DNA of 64,000 nt, from contig JAFGIV010000006.1 in assembly GCA_016929435.1 (NCBI GenBank), positions 8,071 through 72,070 on the forward strand, written 5' to 3'. The DNA is from Candidatus Uhrbacteria bacterium (GTDB lineage Bacteria > Patescibacteriota > Patescibacteriia > SG8-24). The notes beneath the pieces are model-generated. The model had not been told where the DNA came from. It did not search any database and saw only the letters and a program-made list of their open reading frames with translations. This document shows, one piece after another, positions 1-8,864 of this stretch. Made by a program: the position numbers and the translations under genes. Numbering within the stretch: the first letter of the stretch is position 1; each line of letters begins with the position of its first letter.

Positions 1-1041
1 TCCCCGTTCGATCAGCCGTTCCCGGAGTCCGGGATCGCTGGCCATGCGGACTAGGGCTCCGGTCATGTCCCGCCGGTCATCCGGGGAGAACCAGTCCGCC
101 GCATCCTCCAGTATTTCCGGCAGGCAGGAGACGGCGGCGGCCGTCACCGGCAGGCCGGCGTGCATGGCCTCCAGGGGCGGCAGGCCGAACCCCTCACAGA
201 GGGAAGGGAAGACATGGAAGTCGGCCAGGCGATACAGGATTGCCAATTCGGGATCCGTGGCCCGCCCGTAGAACACGACGTTCCCGTCCAGGCCCTTCCT
301 TTCGGTCTCTGCCTGGAGGCGCCGGTAGAAATAGTCGTTCCCGCCGATCAGGACAAGGCTCCACTCCCCAAAACCGCGTTTTCGGAAATCGGCGAAAGAC
401 TCGATTAGGCGATCCAGGTTCTTGTGGGGATAGGCACTGCCGACATAAAGGGCGAAAGGGCCTTTCGGTTTCGGTATGGGAATGTCCTCTTCCGGTTCCG
501 GCAGTTTCCGGCCGGCCTCATGGGTGACGGTCACCCGATCAGGGGTGAGGAAGGGGAAATTTTTGAGTATTTCCCCGCGGCTGTATTCGGAGACGGTGAT
601 TACCTGCCGGGCCTTCCTGACCGCCTGGCGGATGACTGCCCGATACGCCAGGTATTTGAGGCGATAGGCCAGCGGTCCGAGGGTCGTGGCCCGGGGAGTG
701 GGGTGGGAGAGCAGGATCAGGTCGTGGATGGTGACGACGAACGGCCGGCGGTATAGGAAAGGGACATTGAAGTGCGTGAAATGCATCAGGTCCAGGTCGA
801 ACCGTTCCAGCCAGAAGGGCATGACCAGCTGTTCGCGCCAACCGTACCACGGGAATTCCGCCCTGACCTTCCTGAAGTTGGGTGACTGGGGCCGGTATTC
901 GCCGAAGTTGTCGTCACGCAGAAAAACCAGGTATTCGTTTTCCCGGTCGATCCTTTCCAGTTCGGTCAGGAGCTCGCTGACATACCGTCCCAGGCCCTTT
1001 CCGGACGGTCCGTAGAATCTGGCGTCTATTCCGATACGCAT
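1..1041 (-). CDS. Glycosyltransferase family 4 (GT-B fold); 3' part runs off the window start
   Basis: Reverse-strand translation from the ATG at 1041 begins MRIGIDARFYGPSGKGLGRYVSELL, then HDLILLSHP and EGFGLPPLEAMHAGLPV (EX7E-like); typical GT4 signatures. The ORF continues to position 1 without a stop, so it is absent from the ORF track. Confidence 0.85.
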   Translation of the reverse strand, partial: MRIGIDARFYGPSGKGLGRYVSELLTELERIDRENEYLVFLRDDNFGEYRPQSPNFRKVRAEFPWYGWREQLVMPFWLERFDLDLMHFTHFNVPFLYRRPFVVTIHDLILLSHPTPRATTLGPLAYRLKYLAYRAVIRQAVRKARQVITVSEYSRGEILKNFPFLTPDRVTVTHEAGRKLPEPEEDIPIPKPKGPFALYVGSAYPHKNLDRLIESFADFRKRGFGEWSLVLIGGNDYFYRRLQAETERKGLDGNVVFYGRATDPELAILYRLADFHVFPSLCEGFGLPPLEAMHAGLPVTAAAVSCLPEILEDAADWFSPDDRRDMTGALVRMASDPGLRERLIERG

Positions 1042-1154
1042 ATATATCGTAAGGGCATTATAGCAGAAAACGGATCGTTTTTATTGCGGTGCCCGAAGGG
1101 CAAGCGGGACGGTCGGCAGCGGTTGCGTGTGGGCGGGCCATGTCGGTCGTTTTC

Positions 1155-1616
1155 CTATCTTGACGGAGGTTCGGGAAGGGGAAGCCCGGCACTGACGGAC
1201 AGTCGGCATTGGGACAGGCAGGCCAGCATTTCCGTTTCGCAATCCAGCCTTTCGGCATCGTCGGAGGATCGGTTGAGGCAGGCATTGCGGGACGGTTCGC
1301 ACCGCCCCTCTACGCAGCGGCGCAGGCTCTCCCGTTCCGCCTGTTCCGGCAACGGCTGCTGGCACATTTCCAGGCAGACCTTCAGGCGAATCCCGCACCT
1401 CTCCAGGGACGGCCGGTAGATCCCCGATTCCCGCCGGCATTGCCGGTCATCGGACAGGCAGCGGCGGTCGCAGAGTTCACGTTCCGTCAGGGTGGCCCGT
1501 TCGCCGGTCGGGATCGTCCGTACGGTCAGTGCGGTGACGGCCAGGAGAAAGAGTGCCGTTACCGCCAGGGACGTTACGACAACGGCCCTCCGTTCGATTT
1601 TTTGGCGAAAAAACAT
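1155..1616 (-). CDS. Small Cys-rich protein with N-terminal signal/TM segment (hypothetical)
   Basis: 153-aa ORF. Hydrophobic N-terminus (VVVTSLAVTALFLLAVTALTV) followed by a charged domain with about 14 Cys. AT-rich promoter-like spacer at 1617-1647 immediately upstream. Confidence 0.4.
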   Translation of the reverse strand: MFFRQKIERRAVVVTSLAVTALFLLAVTALTVRTIPTGERATLTERELCDRRCLSDDRQCRRESGIYRPSLERCGIRLKVCLEMCQQPLPEQAERESLRRCVEGRCEPSRNACLNRSSDDAERLDCETEMLACLSQCRLSVSAGLPLPEPPSR

Positions 1617-1647
1617 ACAGTTTATATTCTATCACAGTTGTCGTATA

Positions 1648-2277
1648 ATGAATCATATGTTGAACATCAGCCAAAAGGGACGGGAACCGGAAGCGGGGAA
1701 AGAGGTTCCTGACCGGCCCGCAGTCGGGTACTCCCCGCTTTTTTTGCCCGAACGCCACGGCCGTCATTGCCTCATATACCTGTCCGTCCTGGCCGTTGCC
1801 GTGGGGACCTGCGCTATCGGGCTGTCGCTTTACCGCCAGAGCGTCGACCTCTCCGGCCTTTCCGAGACCGTGGGGGTCATTTCCGATTCGGTCCGGAGGT
1901 TGGCTGGCGGGTCGGGGCATGCGGTAATCGACGTGACCGGCGAGCAGGTCATGCGGGTGTCCAATCCGGCCTCCGTGAACTGCGGCGATGCCGGCGGGCA
2001 GCTGGCCGTCGCCAAGCGGCCGGATGGGGCCGAATATGGCCTGTGCCTTTTCGGGCCGGATCGGCAGTGTGAGGAATGGGCCCTGTTCCGCGGCGAATGC
2101 CCGGTCGGCGGAATCGACATCAGCCAATACGGGCATCCGGCCGATGTCTATTGCGTTGTCACCGGACACGAGCTGACCCGGTCGCTTGTTTTCGGCAGTT
2201 CCGGAAAATGCCTGGTGGACGGCGTGACCTGTTCGGCCTCGGAGTTTTTCGAGACCGGCAGCTGCACGGCCGAATAG
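1648..2277 (+). CDS. DUF333 (putative hemolysin, YoaF-like) domain protein, two tandem DUF333-like repeats, N-terminal TM
   Basis: Motif NPASVNCGDAGGQL...GLCLFGPDRQCEEWALFRGECP matches the DUF333 C..GG...C....C.EW....G.C pattern. Second copy GHPADVYCVVTGHE...GKCLVDGVTCSASEFFETGSC. Start taken at internal ATG 1648 after a TATAAT-like box; the track start at 1492 would overlap the divergent gene. Confidence 0.7.
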   Translation: MNHMLNISQKGREPEAGKEVPDRPAVGYSPLFLPERHGRHCLIYLSVLAVAVGTCAIGLSLYRQSVDLSGLSETVGVISDSVRRLAGGSGHAVIDVTGEQVMRVSNPASVNCGDAGGQLAVAKRPDGAEYGLCLFGPDRQCEEWALFRGECPVGGIDISQYGHPADVYCVVTGHELTRSLVFGSSGKCLVDGVTCSASEFFETGSCTAE

Positions 2278-2315
2278 GGTTTTTGGGCGTCAGGAGGCAA
2301 TAGAATCCGATTCGT

Positions 2316-2338
2316 CGGATTTTTTTGTCGGCCTTGAC
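2316..2338 (+). terminator. Rho-independent terminator
   Basis: Hairpin atccga-ttcgtc-ggat followed by a T7 run. Confidence 0.6.
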
Positions 2339-2403
2339 ATTGTCGTTTTCGGCGGGCAAGGTTAGGCCAGAACGTTAAAACCAACCGGAAAGGAAGTGAT
2401 AGC

Positions 2404-3393
2404 GTGGTGATGTCTAATGATTCGAGTTCAGTCAGGGAATGGATGGCCTTCAATCCGGCCATTGATCTTCATGTCCACGGGTTGCTTAAGGGATACCTGC
2501 GACGCTGGCTGCCGGTGGAATGCCGAACCAGCCTGCCGCAGTCCAGGGCTGGCATGGTGGGGGCGCAGTTTCAGGTCCTGGTTTCCCCGCCGGTTTTCGG
2601 TAGCCGTTTCGCCTTTCGGGCGGTCATGGGGCAGGTTGAATGCCTGGACCGCCTGGTGGGGAGGTTTCCGGATTTGGCCGTCGTGGCCCGCACGGCGAGT
2701 GGCGTGGAACAGGCCAGGATCAGTGGCCGGACGGCATACCTTGTGGGTATCGAGGGGTCGCATTGCCTGGACAGTGACTTGGGACGGGTCGGGGTTTTGG
2801 CGGAACGCGGTGTCCGCTACATCTGTCTGGCGCATTTCGTCCCCAACAGGTCGTGTCGGCCCTCGGTCGGGATCGGGGCAAATCCGAAGAGGGGACTGTC
2901 GGCCTTCGGGCGGGAAATGATTTCCGCCTGTGGGGAAAACGGCGTCATTGTCGATTTGGCCCACATCAGCCGCCGGGGTTTCAGTGAGGCTGCCAGCCTG
3001 ATCCGGGGGCCGTTCATGGTTTCCCATACCGGCGTTCGGGCCGTCCATGACCATGACCGGAACCTGGATGACGACCAGATCCGCCTGGTCGCCGAATCCG
3101 GCGGACTGGTCGGAGTGACTTTCGTGAGGTGGATCCTGGGTGGCTCGGAGATTTCCCTGGTGGCCAGGCACCTGGAGCATGTCATTGGGCTGGTCGGGGA
3201 CGATCACGTGGCGATCGGTTCGGACATGGACGCCCCGATGGCTGCCGTCGTTTCCAGGCTTTCCGATTCCTCCCGCCTGCCGAACCTGGTGGCCGTCCTT
3301 TTCGAGCGCGGTTGGTCCAGGGAACGGGTCGCCAAGCTGCTGCGTCTCAATGTCCTGCGCCTCCTGGAATCCGTTCCGCCGCGCTATCCGTGA
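2404..3393 (+). CDS. Membrane dipeptidase, peptidase family M19
   Basis: IDLHVH, GIEG, VDLAHIS, HTGVRAV and GSDMD motifs typical of renal-dipeptidase-type M19 enzymes. GGAAAGGAAG RBS about 10 nt upstream of the GTG/ATG start. Confidence 0.85.
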   Translation: MVMSNDSSSVREWMAFNPAIDLHVHGLLKGYLRRWLPVECRTSLPQSRAGMVGAQFQVLVSPPVFGSRFAFRAVMGQVECLDRLVGRFPDLAVVARTASGVEQARISGRTAYLVGIEGSHCLDSDLGRVGVLAERGVRYICLAHFVPNRSCRPSVGIGANPKRGLSAFGREMISACGENGVIVDLAHISRRGFSEAASLIRGPFMVSHTGVRAVHDHDRNLDDDQIRLVAESGGLVGVTFVRWILGGSEISLVARHLEHVIGLVGDDHVAIGSDMDAPMAAVVSRLSDSSRLPNLVAVLFERGWSRERVAKLLRLNVLRLLESVPPRYP

Positions 3394-3423
3394 GTTCCTT
3401 CCCTTTTCGGGTATCTTAACCCC

Positions 3424-3452
3424 AAAAATAGGCCGATCGGCCTATTTTTTTT
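3424..3452. terminator. Bidirectional rho-independent terminator
   Basis: Perfect palindrome aataggccgatcggcctatt flanked by an A-run and a T8 run, between convergent genes. Confidence 0.8.
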
Positions 3453-3473
3453 GACACTTTCCGCGGCGGTCCC

Positions 3474-5084
3474 CTATGCGGTTTGGGGATTGAGGGGAAG
3501 GGTGAACCAGAAGGTGGAACCCTTTCCCTCCTCGGAGTCGAATCCGATGCGTCCGCCGTGTTTCTCTACGGCCGTCTTGCAGTAGTAGAGGCCCAACCCC
3601 GTCCCCTTGGTTTCCGAACGTGCGGCATTGTGGGCCCGGAAGAACTTGCCGAACATCTGCTGCCGGTCGGCTTGCGGTATGCCGATTCCCCGGTCGGTTA
3701 TCAGGACGGCCACTTCCCCCTCCCGGATTTCGGCCCGGATTTTGATGGTCGAACCTGCCGGGGAGTATTTGGAGGCGTTGGTCAGGAGGTTTTTGACCAC
3801 CTCCTCTATCATAAACCGGTCAAAGGTCAGGGGAGGGAGTTCCGGGCGGGAATAGTCCAGTTCCTGCCCCTTTCCGATGAGCAGCACCCCCGATTTTTTC
3901 GTTATGTCGTCCAGGACCGCATTGCTGTCCTGAATTTCCGAGGTCATCTTCGCCCCGGCCTCCAGGCGGGAGACGTTCAGGAGGCCGTTTATGAGGTCCG
4001 TCAGGTTGTCGCTGGCCATGAACATCTTCTCGACCCAATCCTGCTGCCTGTCCGTCAGCTCCCCCAGGTTTCCCTTCCGCATCATGTCGGTCATCATTCG
4101 GATGGCCGAGGACGGGGAACGCAGCTGGTGGGAGGCGATTGAGATGAATTCCGTCTTTCTGCGGTCTATCTCCACTTCAGCGGTGATGTCAGAGAAGACC
4201 GCCAGGGCCCCCGCCACCTCGTTTCCGACCGTAACGGGGGAGAACGTTATCTTGACCGGGAAGGCGGCATTGTCCTTTTTTCGCAGGTAGAGGGGTTTGA
4301 CGGGGGCGGGGGTGACTGCCGTCCTGCCTTCCCGAAGCGTTTCCGCGATCGGCCATTCGTCCGCCGGCAGTATTCGGCCCTTCTCGTCCTCCAGCTGAAA
4401 GGCCGAAAATATCGGCACGTCCCGTACCTGGTCGTCCCGCCACCAGAGGGCCTGGCGGGCCAGTCCGTTAAGGAAGGACACCCGCCCCTCCCGGTCGGTC
4501 GCCACGACCGCCTCCCCCATGCTGGCCAGGAGGGCCTCCAGTCGGGCCATCTGCAGTTCGGTCAGTCCCCTGTTCAGTTCCATCTCCGAGACGTTGTCCC
4601 TGACTGCCGAGGCGGCCGCGGCCTTGGTCCGGTCGATTTCCGCGATGCACTGGCCGTAGAGGTCGGTTATTCCGTCCAGTTCCCCCATCCCGCGGGGGAT
4701 GGCGGACGGATCGGCCTCTTTCCAGATGACTCTCATCATGGCGCGGGCCAGCTTCCGTGTTTTTCGGGCTATCAGGAAATCCCCCATGACCATGGCCAAC
4801 AGGAAGACGGATACGGAGGCAATGGCAGCGCCTGCCATGGCGCTGTTCGCAAGAGAGACGGCCTCGGCCGAAACAGCGGCCGTACCGGCGGTTTCCGCCA
4901 TACGGTAGGCCTCACGGAGGCGGAGGGTCAGAAATACGGCGATTCCGATCTGGGAAAGGCCGACGAAAGATACGGTGAAGGCCACCCGCGAGCCCATTGT
5001 CGGGAACGCTGTCCACCGGCGCGTTTGCCCTTTGGGGCCTTTTCGGTCCCGTTTCCCGTCTGGTTTTGGTGATGTGTCTGGCAT
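3474..5084 (-). CDS. Sensor histidine kinase (TM + PAS + HisKA + HATPase_c)
   Basis: H-box ASHQLRSPSSAIRMM. G-boxes GIGIPQADRQQMFGKFFRA and GTGLGLYYCKTAVEKHGGRIGFDSEEGKGSTFWFTLP. N-terminal TM helices. No response regulator adjacent. Confidence 0.9.
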   Translation of the reverse strand: MPDTSPKPDGKRDRKGPKGQTRRWTAFPTMGSRVAFTVSFVGLSQIGIAVFLTLRLREAYRMAETAGTAAVSAEAVSLANSAMAGAAIASVSVFLLAMVMGDFLIARKTRKLARAMMRVIWKEADPSAIPRGMGELDGITDLYGQCIAEIDRTKAAAASAVRDNVSEMELNRGLTELQMARLEALLASMGEAVVATDREGRVSFLNGLARQALWWRDDQVRDVPIFSAFQLEDEKGRILPADEWPIAETLREGRTAVTPAPVKPLYLRKKDNAAFPVKITFSPVTVGNEVAGALAVFSDITAEVEIDRRKTEFISIASHQLRSPSSAIRMMTDMMRKGNLGELTDRQQDWVEKMFMASDNLTDLINGLLNVSRLEAGAKMTSEIQDSNAVLDDITKKSGVLLIGKGQELDYSRPELPPLTFDRFMIEEVVKNLLTNASKYSPAGSTIKIRAEIREGEVAVLITDRGIGIPQADRQQMFGKFFRAHNAARSETKGTGLGLYYCKTAVEKHGGRIGFDSEEGKGSTFWFTLPLNPQTA

Positions 5085-5312
5085 GGTCTTGTTTGTTTTA
5101 TGTCATAATTATAGCAAAAAAACGGTTTGTCCGCTTCCCCCACTTCCGCAAGGCCTTGACACGGTTCCGGATATGGTGTACCCTTACCCAAGGTAAAGCG
5201 TTAGTATCGGCCAGGGAGAGCCACAAGGCTCAATCGAAGGTCAGATGGCGACGGGATACCGAATAAAGGTCGTCTAAAAATATCCCGTTATCAGACGGGA
5301 ATAAAATCGTTT

Positions 5313-5669
5313 ATGACTTTCGATTCCAACATGGGTGGCGGTCGTCCGCCACGGCAGATGTATGACGTTTCCGCGATGGGCCTGAAGTGCGCCGGCTGCG
5401 GTGCGGACATCACCGAGCTGCCGTTCCAGCCGACCGGAGACCGTCCGGTCTACTGCCGGGACTGCAAGCGCCAGAACAGCGGAAGCGGATCCGGTTTCAG
5501 CGCCCGCCCGCAGCGGCAGATGTATGACGTTTCCGCGATGGGCCTGAAGTGCGCCGGTTGCGGTGTTGACATCACCGAGCTGCCGTTCGAGCCGACCGGA
5601 GACCGTCCGGTCTACTGTCGCGAGTGCAACCGCAATCGCCGACAGAGCTATAGCGGCAACCGGTACTAA
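5313..5669 (+). CDS. Tandem CxxC-x18-CxxC zinc-ribbon repeat protein (TIGR04272-like)
   Basis: Two about 44-aa repeats RQMYDVSAMGLKCAGCG(A/V)DITELPF(Q/E)PTGDRPVYCR(D/E)C. The underlying about 130-nt DNA repeats are about 90% identical (recent tandem duplication). Terminator follows. Confidence 0.7.
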   Translation: MTFDSNMGGGRPPRQMYDVSAMGLKCAGCGADITELPFQPTGDRPVYCRDCKRQNSGSGSGFSARPQRQMYDVSAMGLKCAGCGVDITELPFEPTGDRPVYCRECNRNRRQSYSGNRY

Positions 5670-5688
5670 GCAAAACCCAAGGTTTTCG

Positions 5689-5715
5689 CCGCCCCCCTCG
5701 GGGGGCGGTTTTTGG
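5689..5715 (+). terminator. Rho-independent terminator
   Basis: gccgcccccc-tc-ggggggcgg hairpin followed by ttttt. Confidence 0.8.
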
Positions 5716-5809
5716 TATCGCGTGCGGCTTACGCCGGCCCCTGCCCCGTCCTTTCGCGCAAGTCCCGTTTCTGGTATCCTAACGTCGATTTAGGAGTAAC
5801 CAACATCGC

Positions 5810-6181
5810 ATGAAAGACATCAGCCAGGTCTATTTCAGGACCCAAGAGAAGAAAAAGAGGAAAAACGAGCTTTCCAAGATGATTCGGGACGAGCTGTCCC
5901 ATAACGGCGAGTACCAGCAGCTGACCGAGGAACTGCGGATCCTGCGGGATAAGAGGAAATCCATCGAGAACGGGGTAAGGGCCGACCTGTCGGATGCCGG
6001 GGAGATAGATGTCCTGAAGATGGAGATTGGGGCGGCCCAGGAGCTGATGTCGGACATTGCCCTGACCATGTACGCCAGCGGCCAGACGGTCGAGATCCGG
6101 GATGACGAGCTGGGGGTCAGGATGACCCCGGTGTTCTCTGTCCGGTTCAGGAAGGAAAACATCGAGTCCGACCGGCCATAA
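5810..6181 (+). CDS. Hypothetical protein (coiled-coil-like N-terminus)
   Basis: 123-aa ORF. AGGAG upstream and a terminator hairpin (6207-6234) downstream. No recognisable domain. Confidence 0.5.
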   Translation: MKDISQVYFRTQEKKKRKNELSKMIRDELSHNGEYQQLTEELRILRDKRKSIENGVRADLSDAGEIDVLKMEIGAAQELMSDIALTMYASGQTVEIRDDELGVRMTPVFSVRFRKENIESDRP

Positions 6182-6206
6182 CCCCTTCCGTTAATGGAAG
6201 GCCGGA

Positions 6207-6234
6207 AACCATGGCGAAACCGCCGTGGTTTTTG
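6207..6234 (+). terminator. Rho-independent terminator
   Basis: aaccatggcg-aaac-cgccgtggtt hairpin followed by ttttt. Confidence 0.6.
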
Positions 6235-6313
6235 GAGGCCGCTCTTTCGGGAGCCCCGGGATTACGGTTATTTTCCGCCGTGTGGTAACATTGAATACAG
6301 GTCCGTTTTGATT

Positions 6314-7372
6314 ATGGAATACGTCATTGTGGCGGTCTTGCTGTCCCTGTCGGCGGTTTTTTCCGGCCTGACTTTGGGGCTGCTCTCCCTGGACAAGCAC
6401 GAACTGGAAAGGAAGATGATCCTGGGCGACCGTCAGGCCGCCCGGATTTTTGCCGTCAGGAAACGGGGCAACCTGCTGCTCTGCACCCTGCTTTTGGGAA
6501 ACGTGGCCGTCAACACCTCCATAGCCATCGTCATGAACAGCGTTGCCGGCGGCTTGGTGGCCGGCATCGTTTCGACCATCCTGATCGTTGCCTTTGGGGA
6601 GATACTTCCCCAGGCCATTGTTCCCCGTTTTGCCATGTCTGTGGGGTCTAGGTTGGCTTGGCTGGTCCGAATCGCCACCATCATCCTCTATCCGATCGTC
6701 TGGCCTCTGGCGTGGGTCTTGGACCGGGTGTTGGGGGATGAGGTGCCGACCATCTACTCCAAACGGGAATTGGTGAAGATAATGGAGGAACACGAGGTTT
6801 CCAGGCAGAGCGATGTCGATGAGGACGAGTACCGGATCGTCAAGGGCGCCCTGTCCTATTCCGACAGGACGGCCGAGGATGTCATGACCCCCCGGACGGT
6901 CCTTTATGCCCTGGATGCCGATACCCGCTTTGACATGGTTGTCCTGGCCGATATCCGGGAAAACGGCTTCACCAGGATTCCGGTTTACGAGGGGGAGATC
7001 GATCGGGTGGTCGGCCTGCTGTATGTCAAGAAGCTGATCGGGGCAGATGTCATGGGAAAGAGGATCGGCGATGTCTGCCAGTCGACCGGCCTGCTGACCG
7101 TCAACGACGAGACCAAGCTGGACAGCGTCCTGAACTCGATGCTCCGGACGAAGAACCACATGGCTTTCGTGACGGACGATTACGGCGGGTTGAGCGGCAT
7201 TGTCACCATGGAGGACATCATGGAGGAAATCATCGATTCCGAGATCATGGACGAGACGGATGACGTCCGGGATATGCAGGAATACGCCAAGGAAAAGGAA
7301 AGGCGGATCGGAAGGCAACGGCCGGTTGCCGGGAAAGAGGCCAGACGTCACCGGAAAAGGACCGGAAGCTAA
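6314..7372 (+). CDS. DUF21 (CNNM transmembrane) + CBS-pair protein, CorC/HlyC-family-like but lacking the C-terminal CorC_HlyC domain
   Basis: MEYVIVAVLLSLSAVFSGLTLGLLSLDKHELE is a typical DUF21 N-terminus, followed by a CBS pair (TAEDVMTPR..., GGLSGIVTMEDIMEEI). Start chosen at internal ATG 6314; the longer track ORF (6194) adds an atypical Arg-rich N-terminus. Confidence 0.8.
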   Translation: MEYVIVAVLLSLSAVFSGLTLGLLSLDKHELERKMILGDRQAARIFAVRKRGNLLLCTLLLGNVAVNTSIAIVMNSVAGGLVAGIVSTILIVAFGEILPQAIVPRFAMSVGSRLAWLVRIATIILYPIVWPLAWVLDRVLGDEVPTIYSKRELVKIMEEHEVSRQSDVDEDEYRIVKGALSYSDRTAEDVMTPRTVLYALDADTRFDMVVLADIRENGFTRIPVYEGEIDRVVGLLYVKKLIGADVMGKRIGDVCQSTGLLTVNDETKLDSVLNSMLRTKNHMAFVTDDYGGLSGIVTMEDIMEEIIDSEIMDETDDVRDMQEYAKEKERRIGRQRPVAGKEARRHRKRTGS

Positions 7373-7381
7373 GGGGGGACC

Positions 7382-7418
7382 GCCGGGTTTCCGAATGGGA
7401 TGCCCGGCTTTTTTTTTG
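7382..7418 (+). terminator. Rho-independent terminator
   Basis: gccggg...cccggc hairpin followed by a T9 run. Confidence 0.7.
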
Positions 7419-7522
7419 TGCCCGTAGCGCCCGAAAAACCGCTGTTCGCCCGGGGGAGGCCGCCGCCACCCGCCTGCCGTCTCTTGCCATTTTCGGCGGC
7501 GGTGTGGTAAACCCTATCCGCC

Positions 7523-8146
7523 ATGGTCATATACGTGGACGAATCGGGGAATTTCGGGAAGGCGGGCCGGTATTTCGTGGTGGCCGCCCTTTTGCCTGAC
7601 CGCCCGAAAAGGATCAGGAACATGGTCGGCCGGTGCTGTGTCCGTTTCGGGGGAGGGAAACCCCTCCCGGAGATAAAGGGGACCCGCCTGGGGTTCCCGC
7701 AGCGGCAGGAATTCCTGCTGAAGATGGTTTCCCGTTCGGATTTCCAGTTTTCCTACATCGTTGCCGACAAGTGCCACATCCAACCCGATCTCCTGGACAG
7801 GCAGAACATCCTGTTCAATTACCTGACCAGCATCCTGTTGCGCCCGTTCATCCGGAACGCCCGGGAGGATGTCCAGGTCGTCATGGATAACCGCAGCCGG
7901 AAGGTTTCCCACGGGAACATGCTGGAGCAGTACCTGCGGATGGAGGCTGCCGTCAAGTGGGGGTTTTGCCATTGCCTGGACGTTTCCTACGGGGATTCCC
8001 GTTCCGTCCGAAACATTCAGGCGGCCGATGTGATATCCAATACGGTTTTCCAGTTCCATGAGCGGTCCAACCGCCACTGCTACCGCCTGATCCGGCCTTT
8101 CCTGCGGCACGGCCACCTCTTTCCCTTCGGCCGGTTCGGCAGCTGA
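7523..8146 (+). CDS. DUF3800 domain protein
   Basis: N-terminus MVIYVDESGNFGK with the hallmark YxDESG motif of DUF3800. The antisense 267-aa ORF 7514..8317 is rejected. Confidence 0.75.
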   Translation: MVIYVDESGNFGKAGRYFVVAALLPDRPKRIRNMVGRCCVRFGGGKPLPEIKGTRLGFPQRQEFLLKMVSRSDFQFSYIVADKCHIQPDLLDRQNILFNYLTSILLRPFIRNAREDVQVVMDNRSRKVSHGNMLEQYLRMEAAVKWGFCHCLDVSYGDSRSVRNIQAADVISNTVFQFHERSNRHCYRLIRPFLRHGHLFPFGRFGS

Positions 8147-8252
8147 CCGGACTGGACAGAACGGTGGGTGTCGGGTATGTTTCGGACGGCATGAGTCTTG
8201 TGCGGAGCCCTTGGGGTAAGTGGCGTATGCCGTCACCGAAGCGCAAGCGGCC

Positions 8253-8278
8253 AAAAAGCGCCCTGCGGGGCGCTTTTC
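8253..8278. terminator. Bidirectional terminator
   Basis: Perfect palindrome aaaagcgccc-tgcg-gggcgctttt between convergent genes. Confidence 0.8.
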
Positions 8279-8306
8279 GGTTGGCGGGGTTTTGCGTCTG
8301 GCAAGG

Positions 8307-8609
8307 TCAGTCCGCAAATAGGGGAACGATCAGGTAGATTGCCAGTGCCGCTATCCCCATGATCACCATGCATAGGGCCATGACGATGGCCTCGTCGGCC
8401 CAGTCCGTCTTCGGTTCGTGCCAATCGAACCGCCGGTCGTCCGGCCCGTTTGCCCGGTCCTCGTCACGGTATCGGATGGAATCCCTCCTGTCCGTCCTTT
8501 TTCTGTCGAACATACCCCCGCTTCGGTTATTTCGGGGAACACAAATGGCTCCCCGAGCCGGCGACGAGACCTTTCGGTTTCGTCCCATACCCTTTCGGGC
8601 ATGGACCAC
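8307..8609 (-). CDS. Small protein with C-terminal TM anchor (hypothetical); start possibly the internal MFDRK at 8513
   Basis: 100-aa ORF ending in IVMALCMVIMGIAALAIYLIVPLFAD. Preceded on the minus strand by a long structured leader and a TATAAT box (8727-8732). Confidence 0.4.
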   Translation of the reverse strand: MVHARKGMGRNRKVSSPARGAICVPRNNRSGGMFDRKRTDRRDSIRYRDEDRANGPDDRRFDWHEPKTDWADEAIVMALCMVIMGIAALAIYLIVPLFAD

Positions 8610-8726
8610 GCAAATAGTGCCGGTCAGGAGACCGTCTCTGTCTGCGTGGGTTTGCGGCCATGCCCCGCATAGGCGGGGTTTAGGCCATTCGGTTGTCTTT
8701 CCTTATTCGGTCGTTTCGTTTTTCTC
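8514..8726 (-). promoter_or_regulatory. Candidate structured 5' leader (riboswitch-like) upstream of the small membrane protein
   Basis: Minus-strand RNA contains nested hairpins CCCCGC-CUAU-GCGGGG, CCACGCA...UGCGUGG, three GNRA (GAAA) tetraloop hairpins (CCC-GAAA-GGG, ACC-GAAA-GGU, GACGA...UCGUC), GGCUC-GGG-GAGCC, and a CCCC...GGGGG stem that overlaps the G-rich stretch 2 nt before the AUG. Confidence 0.3.
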
Positions 8727-8796
8727 ATTATAACCGACAGTGCCCGTCCGGGGAAGGGGGTTGTTTTTTCGCCATTTCATGCGGTTTTTGCGGGTC

Positions 8797-8826
8797 TTGA
8801 CGAACGGTTTCCGTTTTCGGTATATT
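8797..8826 (+). promoter_or_regulatory. Sigma70-like promoter (TTGACG-18-TATATT)
   Basis: -35 ttgacg 8797-8802, 18-nt spacer, -10 tatatt 8821-8826. Confidence 0.5.
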
Positions 8827-8864
8827 TTTCGTGATAATTCACCTAATGCATCAATTGCCCAAAT

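Noticed and set aside
1492-1647. Upstream extension of the DUF333 gene to the track start at 1492
   Set aside because: It would overlap the divergent Cys-rich gene and place the AT-rich promoter inside the CDS. The internal ATG at 1648 follows a TATAAT box.
7514-8317. 267-aa minus-strand ORF antisense to the DUF3800 gene
   Set aside because: Pro/Arg/Ala-rich, low-complexity translation typical of antisense frames in high-GC DNA. It would span a bidirectional terminator. The plus-strand gene has a recognisable domain.
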